Source of the DNA: Coniocarpon cinnabarinum
Taxonomy: Eukaryota
Length of the DNA: 64,000 nt
NCBI GenBank assembly: GCA_051942205.1
Contig: JAVECO010000020.1
Coordinates: 1 to 64,000 of the forward strand
Reading direction: 5' to 3'
Notes under the pieces: model-generated
Told to the model about the DNA's origin: nothing
The model's input: only the letters and a program-made list of their open reading frames with translations
The model's database searches: none
Shown: positions 35,878 through 48,400 of the stretch, piece by piece
How the letters are laid out: the number at the start of each line of letters is the position of its first letter
Position numbering within the stretch: the first letter of the stretch is position 1
Program-made: the position numbers and the translations under genes

Positions 35878-37472
35878 TCACGCCTTCTTCAAAGCCACTT
35901 TGCACCCATGCAAATTCATTGCGGAAAGCTGCACATGACCTTGCCAACCCCGCTCATCCCGACTTTCGATATCAGAGTATGTCTGCAACAGCCTCACGAG
36001 AACGTAGGAAGCCTCGGCCTGCGCTTTTTCACGGCCAATGCACTGGCGGGGACCGGCACCGAAGGGTAGATATTCATAGGGTTTGCTTCCCTTGATTCCG
36101 TCCCATCGATCTGGCTTGAACTCGGCAGCGTCCTCGCCCCACCGGCTCGGTTGTCTGTGCAATACCCAGTGACACACTCGCACTACTGTACCAGCCTGAA
36201 CAAAGATTGGCGACGTCCCCGTGGGACCTCCACCGGTTGGTAGAATAGTGTCCACAAGAGCGGCGCGACTCGTTTGAGGGAGCACCGGATAAACACACAT
36301 TGCTTAATCGTTAGTACTATCAATGATTCCAATGGTTTCGGTTCCTCTCACCTTCCGTGATGACTTTGCGAAGTTGCGACATGCGTTGCAACTGATCGTA
36401 GGTTGGCAAAGCAGAATCAGGTATTTGCTCCAAAACCTCTTTGCGAAGGGTCTGCCATACGCCAGAGTGCTTTGATGCTAGCCAAAGAACGTTTTCTACT
36501 AGCAGAGATGTAGTGCTTTGGGCCACCTGGAAAGCTTGCAAGACGCTATTGCGCAGTTGTTCTTTGTCGTCGAGTTGCTTAGCCATGCTGTAAAGAAGTA
36601 CGTTCTTTTCCGCCTTAGTTGATGGCTTTGTTACACTGTCACGGTACGACAAGGCCTTTTCGACATACTTATCTGCGAATAGTCTTGTTTTCTGACACGC
36701 ATTTAACCATTTTTTGCTTCTCGCAAGGAAACCAAGGGGTCCAAGAGCTATCCGCTTGCCACAGCCAAACATGGCCTCGTCAAACGCACGGGAAACGTCG
36801 CCGTAGGCGTCGACCCCGGAAAGTTGCCCGAAGCTTTCACCAAAGAGAAACAACGTTGTCGTATCAAGATACTTGATGGATCAGCATGACTTCCAGAATC
36901 GATGCAGTTCCACTTACTAGCGACGAGAGCAGTGGCTGCATGTCTACGGTCGAATTATCGTCAGGTATGCTCTGCATCATCTTCTGTAGATAAACTTCTA
37001 AGTCCGAAAAGTCTGCCATAGCCTTCCTGTCAAAACTAGGCTGGAATACTTTGCGACTGTGCTGCCAACGCTCGCCGTCAACTGTTAAAAAACCACGACC
37101 ACAGAAGGGCTCCATAGGACGGAGTCTGATGGATTCTACACCCCAGTGCGCAAAGTTCGTGCTAAAGACTGTCCGCAGATTCTCAGGATCAATAGTGAAG
37201 ATACTTCGGCTTCCCATTGTCGTTATCTGAAATGTGTCACCGTATTCTGCAAACCTCTTCTCTAGCGCAGGGAGCACACGATTCTCTTCGAACTCTCTTC
37301 CATTTTCAAGGAATAAGTCTAAACCCAATACAGGGTCTTTGTGCGCGTATGATGGAGGCTCTTCACAGCCATGCTGTTGTTGGAGACGGCGATAATGCAA
37401 TGACCTGACAACAATCCAAACAAACGCGGCAAGAGCGCATGTGAACAAGGGCGCAGCATAGCAAGAAGCCAT
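35878..37472 (-). CDS. Cytochrome P450 (CYP52 clan-like), atypical motifs
   Basis: N-terminal TM, TIDPENL, GFLTVDGERWQHSR, DTILPTGGGP, FKPDRW and PFGAGPRQCIG. Introns 36917-36872 and 36351-36303. Confidence 0.88.
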
Positions 37473-38191
37473 CAGTGAGCCGCAAAAAAACAATGTTTCT
37501 TCTGATTACCCTCTCATGAAAGCGACGGCGGGAAAGAATGGATGATGTGCCGGCGAGGACGAGTAGGCCATTGTATCCCTGAGACACTCGTCATCAAAGC
37601 TCACTGACTTCCCGATGTCCTTGGCCATCGCGGCAAGATCAAAAGCACGCATGTGGCTCAGCATGCACTATGACGACGATGCAACCTGGCTCATAGCCAC
37701 TGAAAATGCCGAAAAGCAAGGCACACTCTTCGATCCACATTCTTCGATCAGGCTTCTTTGTTGTATCGCATACTCCTCGGCTCATTTTAGCGGTACACGG
37801 TGGATGCATGAATACGACCAGACACCTCCCGACCACCAACGTCAAACCAAAGCATTGAAGTGGACGAGGTCAGGTATTATGTCGGTAAGTCGCGAGCACA
37901 TCCATACTCAGAGGTCTGTTGTAGATCATCTAGCCGTCACAATCCCATGCAGATGGCTGATAGATTCGTTGGTGGCAATGATGGCAATGCTTTTCGAATA
38001 GACTAGTAAGCACGCAAATCACGTGACCAGCCTCGAAGCGCCCACCATCCACGTGACTGCCAATGTCATCGACTCAAACCTTTAGATCAATCAGGTTTCA
38101 TTTGTGGCTTCTACAGTCCTGTCTCTGTTAGTGGCTCGACGCGTTCACAGCAATAATGCATCAGCTCAAGTCTGTTCTCATGAACACGTAG

Positions 38192-41100
38192 CTATACAGC
38201 TTTCTCGCCCGTCTTTGTGGCCAGCAAATCTGCGCAGCTCGCCCTGCAGTCCAGTTCCCTCTTCTTCATTCCGCGTGCCGACCTAAAGTCTCCTACTGAC
38301 CCCATCTCCATCTGCAGTCTCAATGCTACATCGAGTGCTGTCTCGCCCTCCTCATCCTGGATTGCAACATCTGCGCCATGGCTCAGCAGTAACCTCACAC
38401 CTTCTGGGTTGCCTGCCAAAACAGCCAGATGCAGGGCTGTCCTTCCAACAAGCTCGCTTCTTGCATCGATCTCCTTCCCGTCATGAAATACTTGTAGCAG
38501 CTCGTTGAGGATCTCTCTACACGCGTCCATATCCACGTCGCCCCAGACAAGAGGTTCGGCTGCCGTCATGTCCGTTGCACGGCTCCACATCTCCAAGTGT
38601 CCCATGGCGGCCCTGTGAAGGGCGGTGAGCTTCCGAGTCGGCTCAACAATCAAATTAATGTTGACGCGCCCAAACGTGGAGCTCGACAACAGATACCGCA
38701 TTCTTGCAATAGAATTGCGTGCGCAGGTGCTAATAGTGTGGCCGAGCACAGTAGTAGGATAGCGGAATGTCAGGAAGCCAGAACTATTGCATGTGCTGTT
38801 GATGTCTGCTCCGAGCGAAAGCAGGCAACTTGCGAGCTCGAACGAGTCATTTTGAATTGCCAGGAGCAGAGCAGACTCGCCGTCGCGGTCTCCGTCTGAC
38901 TGATGCGTAATCGAAACCTTGTGTTCTATCACCAACTTACGAATCATGGGAGAATCTTCGTTGTGGCCGGCGTTGGCGAACACGTGAACTGCGCCCCATG
39001 CATTCTGATAACCACTGAAAATATTGCGCGTCGTCGCGAGAGGGTCCGCCCCGTGTTGCAAGAGCAGTTGCACGACGCGCGAGCGATTCAACCTAATCGC
39101 TTCCAGCAAGGGCGTGCGTTGGTCGAGCCCACACGCATCATTAATGTGTGCATCTTTATATGCTCCGACCGAAGTTGTGCTGATCAAGTGCTCGTCATAG
39201 TCTGGTGCGCTCTTCATAGCGGCATTACCTTTTGTCAGCAGGTACTCGACTAGCTCGTCGCGCGAACCTGACACAGCCGAGTATAAGAGTGTGTTGTTGT
39301 ACCCCGCCACCCCAGCTACAGGCGTCGACTTGGCCGTCATGGGAATCAGGAGATCAAAGGTACCTTCCATCGCTGGGATAGCGTTTTCCCCATGTTCCAT
39401 TAGCATGCCGAACCGCATAGAGCTTGACAGTGCTTCCACGATAAGAGGGTACCAGATGAAACCTGCCCAGTGTCCACGCCCGGTAGCAATTCCCCACGAG
39501 GACAGAGCATCGATCATCACTGCAAGACAACGGTGTCGATGGAGACGTGCTGCTAGTTCAAGAGCTGTATGTCCCCCTTTCGGTTGTAGCAAGTACAGCT
39601 TATTGATCTCAGGTGAGCAGGAGTCAAGTAGCCGCACTATCTCTGGTCGATCGCGATATATGGCTAGGACTGGTGAGCAACGAAACCCATGTGACCTAAA
39701 GCAATCGACGCTGTGACTTACCCCAATGTAAAGCGGATCCTGCGGGAAAGGTCGCTATAGGACTGTCTTCCCATCGAGTATAGAAGACTTTCTGCGCCGT
39801 GAGCGCGTTTAGCTCAATGCCACGGTCTAGCAACAAGCCCCCTATGTGAGATGCGTCGTTGTCGCTGAAAGAAACCAGCCAGTGAAGACAAGTGTCACCG
39901 TTAGGCGCACGCCGTGTCGCGTCTGCTCCCAGGTGCAGCAAGCGCGTCACAGCCGAAGCTTGTCCTGCTCTGCAGGCACACAAGAGTGGCGTCTCACCAC
40001 AGTCGTTGTAAGCGTCGACTTTGAAACGATCACCGTCACTCAGCAGCAACTCAATAGCATCAGCTCTGCCTCCGTATGCGGCGACATGGAGGATCCGGTC
40101 TCCTCTCCTATTGAGCCTGAGATCGTCATTGTAACCCTGCAGACAACATGTCTGCAGCAGGTTTGGCAAATCGTCAAAAGCTTTCAGCCAGTAAGGATAG
40201 GTCCGTCCATGCAGCATATTTTCTTTCTTCAGCCAGTCGGCTCCCAAACCTCCATAGTAGTCACGCAGCAATGTGCTTACTTCGTCGTGCGTGGTTGGTG
40301 ACAGCTTACCAAGGCTCTCCAGCGCTGAAGTGGAACCAATGAGCGCCAAACCTTTCAATGGATTGATGTCATTCTCGCACCCATCGAGTGTAAAGCCACA
40401 GCCCTGCAAAACTCGGTGGAATTGCATTCCTGTCGTTACATGAAGTGCAGAGAAATTGCGGCGGAGCCAACTTACTGCCTCCTCATCGTTTTTCGTCAGT
40501 CCCGAGCCGTTGATCATCAAGGCAGCAAGCACCAGACTGCTGCCCGGGAAAACTTTGTGTTCTTGAATCCAGTCACTCTCAACTCTGTGATGAAGGATTT
40601 CTGCAAGATAGCGGCATAAAGTCGGCTCAACTGCAAGCCACGCCCGCCAATTTAGCCAGTGAGTGTCCTGATCCATCAGCGCTCGTCTATCACTCGGGCA
40701 GGAAGTGATATTACCTCAGAATCAAAACTAGAAGTCAAAGCCACTCCTTGTCTGCGATGGTTAACGCTTTGCGCAGGAACACCGATCGGCTGAAGCTCAG
40801 ATCACCGCTCACCTCTGTTCTGCGTGCTGGCCTCCCAAACATTGAATCACTTTGTTGAGATCCCTGGACGAAGGATCTACGCCGATGCTGTGCGTCAAGG
40901 CCCCTTGCAAACCGGCATAAAGGCTTGAAGCTGCAGCGATATATCCACCAAGCTGAGTGGCCAACTGCCCGTTATCCCTGCTGGGAAATTGCATGATACC
41001 ACAGAGCCCCATCTCCATGGTGTTCAGATGTTTTTCTATCTCGGATAGATCCGCCGTGTTGTTCGCGACGAGGATGCCCATACTAGACAAGGCTGCGCTG

Positions 41101-42206
41101 ACGTGCTGTGACAAATTTCCCGCTTCGAAGGTATATCGCGCTGCTGCAGCCTCGATGGAACCAACATACCACTCTCGAGGCGAGACGCGTGAGCCCAGAG
41201 CTCCTGTAGACTTGAGATCGTTAACGCGTTGATCAAAGGTATCGTCAGTGAGGGTGCTTCGATCCAGCAGCAGGTCAAAAATGTCGGAACCGTGAGCGGA
41301 GACGCTCCACACAAGAAGGCCGCACGAATATACATCCGTCTGCTTGGCAGCGTGCTTGGAGATGGGCCCACTGGAGATTTCGGGGGCTTCCCACTGCTTT
41401 GTGCCTCCTAGCTGGATCATCTGCGGCGCTGTAGCTAAGACTTGAGAGTACCCATAATCACCAAGTCGTGCTACGAAGCCGTGATCTTTGTCGGGGAAGA
41501 CTAATACGTTGTCAGGTTTGACGTCCCCATGCACAATGCCGCAGTCATGAAGAGCTTGAAGTCCGAGGCACACATCTCTGGCCAACTTCTGTCGAGTGAC
41601 GGTGCTCAGATACTGTTGGCGCTGGAGCGTTGCAAGGCTACCCAACTCGGCAAATTCCTGTATGAGGACCGGCGTCTTGTGCAGAATGTTGAACGGATTG
41701 GTAGCCCATGCCAGTCCCAAAATGCTCAACAGGTTTGGATGATTACGAATAGGCTCGTGCGAGGAGAGAAACAGTTCCATCATGGCGGAGCGCGCAGCCA
41801 GGCTCGTTGAGCGAGTCGAGCGTCCATTTTCATCGAACTCGATCAGCGCCGCTTTGTAGGCAAGACACTGCGGAATCTCGTATTCTTGTGAAAAGTTGAT
41901 ACTTCCACTCCAGCCGCCAAGCCTACTCTCGTAGTCCTTGATCGTTTGCCGTGCGATTTTTCTCTTGTATACGATGAATGTCGCGCCTCGACCGGAAAAA
42001 GCAGACGTATCCACTGCTGCTGGTCGCAGGAATTGAGGTGGTATGAACTTGTTGGAGGAGGGTTGCGCCTGAAAGGACTGATGCAAGAAATCCAAAGCAT
42101 CTAGAACGAAGCCGTCATAAGGCTTTGGGGGAGGAGGATACGCACCAAGACCATCGCTGTTCAATGTCGAACTGTACGTTGTTATTGGTCTGCCGGAATC
42201 GCTCAT
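38192..42206 (-). CDS. Protein kinase - ankyrin repeat protein (~1300 aa)
   Basis: Kinase motifs GRGATFIV, LAYK, HPNL, HGDVKPDNV, DYG, APE and DVYSCG. Many ankyrin repeats follow (GDRILHVAA, GETPLLCAC, GDTCLHW, RTPLLEAI, GRTALHLAV, GETALDVA). Three short introns keep the frame. Confidence 0.88.
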
Positions 42207-42502
42207 TGCGGAGGAAGGCTATCAGTCGAGTATCGTATGCCTTTGACGTCCCACATCGGCTCATTGTTGCAGGTAATGTGAGAAGGCTGAGACTCTCGCA
42301 CGTGATACATGCAGTCTGCAGCGCTTATGCAAGCCTCCCGCTGCCTGCTGCGACCTACTCACTTTCAGAGCATTATGTGGGCAGCTTATGTATTTGAGTA
42401 TTCATATCTCTTCAAGCAAGCGTTGTCAAGTGAGAAGCCAAGCCTCAGATCACCTACGTGTAAGCTCGATGCGCCATCAAGTCGGCCCAGAGCGTTGCCG
42501 CT

Positions 42503-44296
42503 ATGACAGATCCAAGCACGTTCTTGGCCATCGCCTCGTTGAGCTTCCAAGTATTTGCTGGATGTATTAAAGGATTCGTGCTCATCACTGATGCATACAA
42601 CATTGGGCAAGATGCCGTTCTGAGGCGGACTAAGTTGCTCGTCCAGGAGCAGCGCCTGATTGAATGGGCAAAGAGCGTGGCAATCATTCGTCCCGACACG
42701 GAAGTAGACGCGTCACTTAGGAGAGGCCCTGCCGCTGTTCTACTGACGCAACTGGGCGAGCTCTTGAATTCGACAGAGATTTTGAAGAAGAGGTACAAAC
42801 TAGAGTTGACAATACCAACTCAAGCAAACCTAGATGAGGTGCGCTTGCAAGGCCTCGAGTGCTCGAGTGGCAGCATCGCTGCTTCTTCCGTGTTGGTTGA
42901 CAGCGTTCGCAAGGAGGCCAGGCAAAGTATACTGGCACAAGCATCTAGAGTGACGAACGTCAACTACTTCCCCAGAAAGTTCTGGTGGGCTTCAGTGGAT
43001 AAGAAGAGATACGAGAGAATGGTTACGGACGTGACTGATCTTGTTGATGGGCTGTGGTCTCTGCTCACTCCTTTGAAGCAGACGCAAGGAGCGCAGGCAA
43101 TCAATGACATTTTACAGAACGTTATACAAATTAGCGAGGACGTCAGGACGCTGCGTGGCTTAGGAGCTGCGCTTGAAACAGACACGGCGACTCAGCAGCC
43201 AGCTCTAACGGCCAATTCGCTTGGTACCGCGGCACAGCTCAAGACTGAAACGCTGTTGAATAGTCTCTCGCAGGAAGACAATGACGACAGGACGAATTCA
43301 CTTGCTGTAACATTTTCGCGAGATCCAAGGTCTCTCACTGGTCAGAAGATGGGCTCATCAGGTATTGGAATAGCAACGTATCGCGGCAAGCCGGCCACGA
43401 TATCTTTGGATGGCGACAACTCAGATGCACATGCTGTGACAATCGAGAAAATGGTCATAGTTGAGGCAAGACACGTGGACCTGTCGATGAAAGGAAAGCT
43501 GCGTCAGCGCGTCGCCGATCTCGCCTGCTTACTTTCAAAGCCGACTAGCGCTGCATCCCTTACTCTATCCTGTATAGGCTTCACTGAAGAGCAAGCCGGA
43601 TTCCGAATGATGTTTGAACTGCCAGATATTGGGCCGAAAGAGATGTTAGAGTCACCTCAAACCCTACTAGACAGTCTGAAAGCCGCAAAACATCATCCAC
43701 TGCCGACTGCAGGTTTCCGACACGCGATTGCTGTAAAATTATGCGCCACAGTGCTTGCATTCCACACAGCCCGTTGGTTGCACAAGGATATACGTTCTGA
43801 GAACGTGATGCTTTTCCCAAGCTCGGAGGATAGCGACGGGAAGCTGATTGCTTACCTGGGAGGGTTCTCATTCGCGAGGAAAGACAGTCCGAGCGAAATA
43901 AGTCAAAATCCTTCACTTGATGTCCGACGGGACATCTACAGACATCCTAATGCCCAGCCGGAAGGAAACATCCGGTCAGAGGGCTTTCAGCAGTATATGG
44001 ACCTCTACGCGCTCGGATGCGTTTTAATCGAGCTCGCCGAATGGTCACCATTGCCGAAGATTGTTTCAGAATGTGTCGACGTTCGTAGAGCACCGGAAGG
44101 TATAGGAGCCGACCTCGAGAAGCTGCCAAGTTGGCTTTCTGATCGCTATGTGCAAAGAGGGAGGGCAAGTTTCAGACTCGGAGCAGCTTTTGGACGCATG
44201 GTGGAGCTCTGCGTAGAGGCAGAAACAGCTTGTAAAAGTCGAAACATGGTCGACTATCGGAGAAGACTGGAGGAGATGGCGAATGTTACTATCTAG
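42503..44296 (+). CDS. HeLo (prion-inhibition/HET-S-like) domain - pseudokinase protein
   Basis: N-terminus MTDPSTFLAIASLSFQVFAGCIKGF..LLVQEQRLIEWA and FWWASVDKKRYERMV..L...VDGL is HeLo-like. C-terminal kinase fold has WLHKDIRSENV, LGGFSFAR, YRHP and DLYALGCVLIELAEW. Confidence 0.87.
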   Translation: MTDPSTFLAIASLSFQVFAGCIKGFVLITDAYNIGQDAVLRRTKLLVQEQRLIEWAKSVAIIRPDTEVDASLRRGPAAVLLTQLGELLNSTEILKKRYKLELTIPTQANLDEVRLQGLECSSGSIAASSVLVDSVRKEARQSILAQASRVTNVNYFPRKFWWASVDKKRYERMVTDVTDLVDGLWSLLTPLKQTQGAQAINDILQNVIQISEDVRTLRGLGAALETDTATQQPALTANSLGTAAQLKTETLLNSLSQEDNDDRTNSLAVTFSRDPRSLTGQKMGSSGIGIATYRGKPATISLDGDNSDAHAVTIEKMVIVEARHVDLSMKGKLRQRVADLACLLSKPTSAASLTLSCIGFTEEQAGFRMMFELPDIGPKEMLESPQTLLDSLKAAKHHPLPTAGFRHAIAVKLCATVLAFHTARWLHKDIRSENVMLFPSSEDSDGKLIAYLGGFSFARKDSPSEISQNPSLDVRRDIYRHPNAQPEGNIRSEGFQQYMDLYALGCVLIELAEWSPLPKIVSECVDVRRAPEGIGADLEKLPSWLSDRYVQRGRASFRLGAAFGRMVELCVEAETACKSRNMVDYRRRLEEMANVTI

Positions 44297-44334
44297 ACAT
44301 GAAAGTCTTAGATCGCTTGCTTGATCGGTTGATT

Positions 44335-44385
44335 GTCACGTGCCCTGAGTGCCTGCGCGACGACGTCACGTGTCAATGTCACGTG
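44335..44385. promoter_or_regulatory. Three GTCACGTG (Cbf1/bHLH E-box) sites upstream of the Hikeshi-like gene
   Basis: GTCACGTG at 44335, 44365 and 44378. Confidence 0.5.
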
Positions 44386-44494
44386 TCCCACCATGATCAT
44401 GTGGATGAAGCTCGCTCGCTTTTCAATCGCATGGCAAAGACATTCAACAGCTGAAGACATAACTCTTATTGCCACGGACGAGACTACTGAAAGC

Positions 44495-45181
44495 ATGTTT
44501 GCCCTTCTAATTCCCTCACGCCCGCTCATTCCCTCACCCACTGCGACTCTCTCCCCCACGCAGTGCTCCTTCACTTTTCCTTCAGCCCCTTCATTCTCTC
44601 ATCTCTCTGTTCTGCTGGTGCCCGGCCAAACTCTTGCGCCGGGTACTCTCGCTGCAATATATATCCAATTGCCCCCGTCCAGTGATTTCAAGCTCCTCGG
44701 CGCCCTAAGCAATGAAAAGCAAAGCGCGCTGTTCCGCGTAAACGCAGGCAAAGCGGCCAGCAGCAGTGCCCCTGACATTAGGGAAGAAGTCATGATGGAC
44801 GATGCAACTGAGGAACCGGCCACGCAAGTGCCTACCGCCGCCAATGTCACGGTAGGTATAAGCGTAGAGCCTGCTGTGCAGATTCAGCCGCAGCTAGAAG
44901 CAATGCGACAGAGCGCAACGCTATCAACGCAGAATGGCGCAGGTCCACCACCAACGCCCAACAGTGTTACGTTGGCGACGAGCCCGCCTACCAACGAGCA
45001 AATCAAGACCCTCGCGCAGCGGATTGGTCAGAACGCGTTCAACTTCCTGTCGTCGTTTACAGAGCGGGACGCGGATGGGAGGGAAATGGTGCCGATGCGC
45101 GCGTTCCAGGATTGGTGGGGAAAGTTTGAACGGAAGGTTGGAATGGACGCGACATTCCTGCTGCGGGACGGTGAAGGTTAA
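44495..45181 (+). CDS. OPI10: Hikeshi/OPI10 family protein (DUF775)
   Basis: Motifs MFALLIPSRP, FKLLGALSNEKQSALF, VTVGISVEP, IGQNAFNFLSSF and FQDWWGKFERK. Confidence 0.88.
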   Translation: MFALLIPSRPLIPSPTATLSPTQCSFTFPSAPSFSHLSVLLVPGQTLAPGTLAAIYIQLPPSSDFKLLGALSNEKQSALFRVNAGKAASSSAPDIREEVMMDDATEEPATQVPTAANVTVGISVEPAVQIQPQLEAMRQSATLSTQNGAGPPPTPNSVTLATSPPTNEQIKTLAQRIGQNAFNFLSSFTERDADGREMVPMRAFQDWWGKFERKVGMDATFLLRDGEG

Positions 45182-45479
45182 TTTGGATGAGATGAACATG
45201 CTAGAATGCAAGACAGGTGGGCGTTCCGTGCCCGAGCACGACTTCTGCTCATGCATTCGACTACTAGAATTACAGTCGAAATGGTATCATACACGTCGTC
45301 AGATCAGATGCGATCATAATACACGTCCTGCTTTCAGGCTGAAGGTAGCGAAAGCCCGTAGCTTACATGCAAAGGACATTTCCATTGACAATGACGCTCA
45401 AATCGCTCTCAGAGTACAAAAAAACCACGCACAGGATACATCATATCGAATCGAAAGTCTTACTGACGGACCTGACCTG

Positions 45480-48400
45480 TCAGATGTCACTTGAGAGCGG
45501 TGGGTTCAGATATTCATTGGGAACCGGCGGCACTTGTGGACTTGCTCCTGCGTATGCCTTGGTGTTAGTACGCCGATGTCGTTCGCCAGCGCTTGTCAAA
45601 CGCTTGATGCTGTTGCGGAGTGACGAGAACGGTTTTTGCGGCGTTGGGCTGCGGCTCGCAGTCCCAGAATCCGTACGATCCACCGGATGCCGACCACCAA
45701 CAAGATCGTCGTCAGACAGGGGCTCGACATTCGGCGAAGCCTTAGGTATCGGGCGATCGGAGGGCGGAATCTGCAGGTTAGAGACTGGCATTGTAAACGC
45801 ACGCGCTGGCATCCCGGGCCTAGCTACAGGTTTTGGTTCAGGCATAGGTGGACTGGCAAACGCGCTAGGCGACATCGGTGGCGCTGCGGGTTGTGGAAAT
45901 GCCTGAGGTGGTAGCGCAGGGCTGACATTAACACTCGCGTTCCGAAAATCTGGCGTGTAGCTTGAAGACGATTCCAGCTTATGATGAGACCTCAGACGAG
46001 TGTAGTCGTTTGCTGATGGTCTACTCTGGTGCAAAGCAAGCGGACGGGTCTTTGGTGTAGACCGTGACACAGATCTCATGGGGTTCTCTAAGTCTACAGC
46101 AGTTTCACTTGAATTGTCTTCAAAAAAGTCGTCGAGGTCATCGAGCTGCGCAGTGAGTTCGGAGATGTTCATAACGTCTTGAGCAGGATCCGGCACGTCG
46201 AAAGAGATTTCGTGTATAGCGTTCTCTGGGAAGTATGAGTCCTGCAAGATTTCCTCCTTTTGCAGCTCGACCTCAGGTGTCAGAGTGCTTGGGCGACTTG
46301 GAACCTCGCTCTTCTCGAGCAGATTTGTAGCAACGGCGCTGATCCGTGCTCGTGGCCTTTTGTTATGTGTCACTGGATCCAAAATTGTCCATCCCGTCTG
46401 CGTTGGCGCACCGTAGAGAATACCCACTTCGGACGGGGGCTTGAGACCTTGCTGAGCGGGATCATGATTCGCGTGTGCTACTCTAAGCTGTCGAAGATCC
46501 TTCGAAATCCCGGTGAGCGGGAGAACTTCGTCGAGGACTTTCAAGGCATCTCGAGAAAATTCCGTGGCCAAGAGTCGCACCACTGGGGAGAAGAGGTCCA
46601 AGCCGCGCGCTTTGAGCTTGGCATCGTGGATATCAATGCGAGGAAGAAGATGTTGGGCGAGCTGCAGTGTCCAATACCTGATCCATCGTTCGGGATTGAG
46701 AAGCAATCTCATGAGAAACTCCACACTGTCGTAATCAAGCACTCGGAAAAGGTCTTGGCCCATTGCGGAGGAGCAGTTGGCCACGAAGGTAGATTGTGAC
46801 GGCTTGGCGGCAACGAAGCCATGGAACAGGACCGCCAGTGAGCTCCGACCTGCCATCTCGCAGCAATCACGTAGAGAGATGGCGGTCGTGACCCCTGGGT
46901 CAAAACTCGCCGGATCATCATAAGAGTGCAATATTTGGGGTAGGTTGGCCAAGATCCCGAGCTTCAGGCAAGTTAGATCACTGAACGCCGGTTGGCAGCC
47001 GATGCGCATCGCCCGGTTGATGATTTCCACGGATTTGGTGCGGTTCACCCTGGAGCTACAACCACGGTACAACGCGGGCACGAAGCTTGTCAAGATATTG
47101 CATTCCCAGCCAGTGGGCTTGTTGCTCATGAGCATGGCTCGTGTCCGCTCATCGCCTAGATGCAGCTTCTCAAGAAGATCCTCCAATATGGACAGCGCTT
47201 CTGCGTACTCCCATTCGTGCACCGTTTCAAGAGAGGCGCATGTTGCCCAGAATGTTGAAGGTAGCAACTGGCTTTCCGGAGGCTCGACCCTCACAATTGC
47301 ATGAATGGTGCGTAGCACGTCCACAGCGTAACATTGATACTCCGGTGCCTGATCGGCAATAGTAGAAGAGCATCTCATGATGATGTCAGAAAGATGGAAC
47401 TGAGTGACTGGTCGCAATACCAGTCGATAGATCTGCAATGACCGACAAGCAATGTGCCGGACGGGACATTGTAGAGCCCAGTCGAGGGCTCTCTGGCCTA
47501 ATTCTTCTCGAATGTCCGGTGCGGTCTCAGAAAATAGTGAAAGGGCTTCCGAAATCACGTAGATCATGGCAGGAGGAGGCTCATCGGGCACTTCTGGATC
47601 CGAATTGTCATTATACGCCCACCCTACCTTTGAATCTTGGCGACGGATCAACTCAACAAGCTCTTCAATGGATGGCGCCCGCCCACGAACACGGTCGCCA
47701 TCCGCCTTGGAGATCACGAAGACGTGAACCAGATGTACCAACATCTCGCGAGCTTGCTCTTGTACAATCTGAGAGTGATGATCCCAGAGCACAAGGATAA
47801 TCTGCAGGAGCTCGGGGAGCTTTCCTGCTGAGACTGAAGTGTCACTGATGACAAGATCCACAAGCAAGATGAGGCTCAGTTGGCCCATTGACAGTCTCAT
47901 GCTAGGCGCAGACTCAGGAAAGACCTGTGAAAGATCTACTACAAAGGGGTAATCCCTGGCACTTTCAGGCTTTTGGATCGGTGTTGCCGGAGCTGCAGGG
48001 TTCATCGACTTTGGCTCAATTCGTCGCAAAAAGAAGTCGATGACAGCGCCGGCCGAGTCAGACGGCGCAGTCGCCAGGAAGACAACAATTTGCTTCGCGG
48101 TCCGCAAGTATCTCTGATCCCTTCGCTCCAATGAGAGGTCGATGAGGAAGTCTAGGATGCAACGTGCATTGCCTGAGCTTGATTCAAGCACGAGAGCCTG
48201 CCAAAGCGCTCGCATTTCGTTCTGAAGGCTATTCACGCAGTGAATTGTGATATAAATCAAATTCAACAGGACCATGTACGTGGGACCTGAATAGCTTGAC
48301 GGAGAATCCTTTGAGAGCCGAATGATTCGCAACCATGGAAGGAGAACGAGAATCATAGTCCGTTGAGATTCCGGTGGTAGGTGAACAAAATGCTCGGCAT

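Noticed and set aside
32825..37472. MFS + P450 as a secondary-metabolite cluster
   Set aside because: No backbone enzyme (PKS, NRPS or terpene synthase) or cluster transcription factor in the window.
43180..43460. Possible HET-s/RHIM-like amyloid motif between HeLo and the pseudokinase
   Set aside because: No recognisable paired repeats or G-x-Q-x-G / N-G pattern. It looks like a linker plus degenerate N-lobe.
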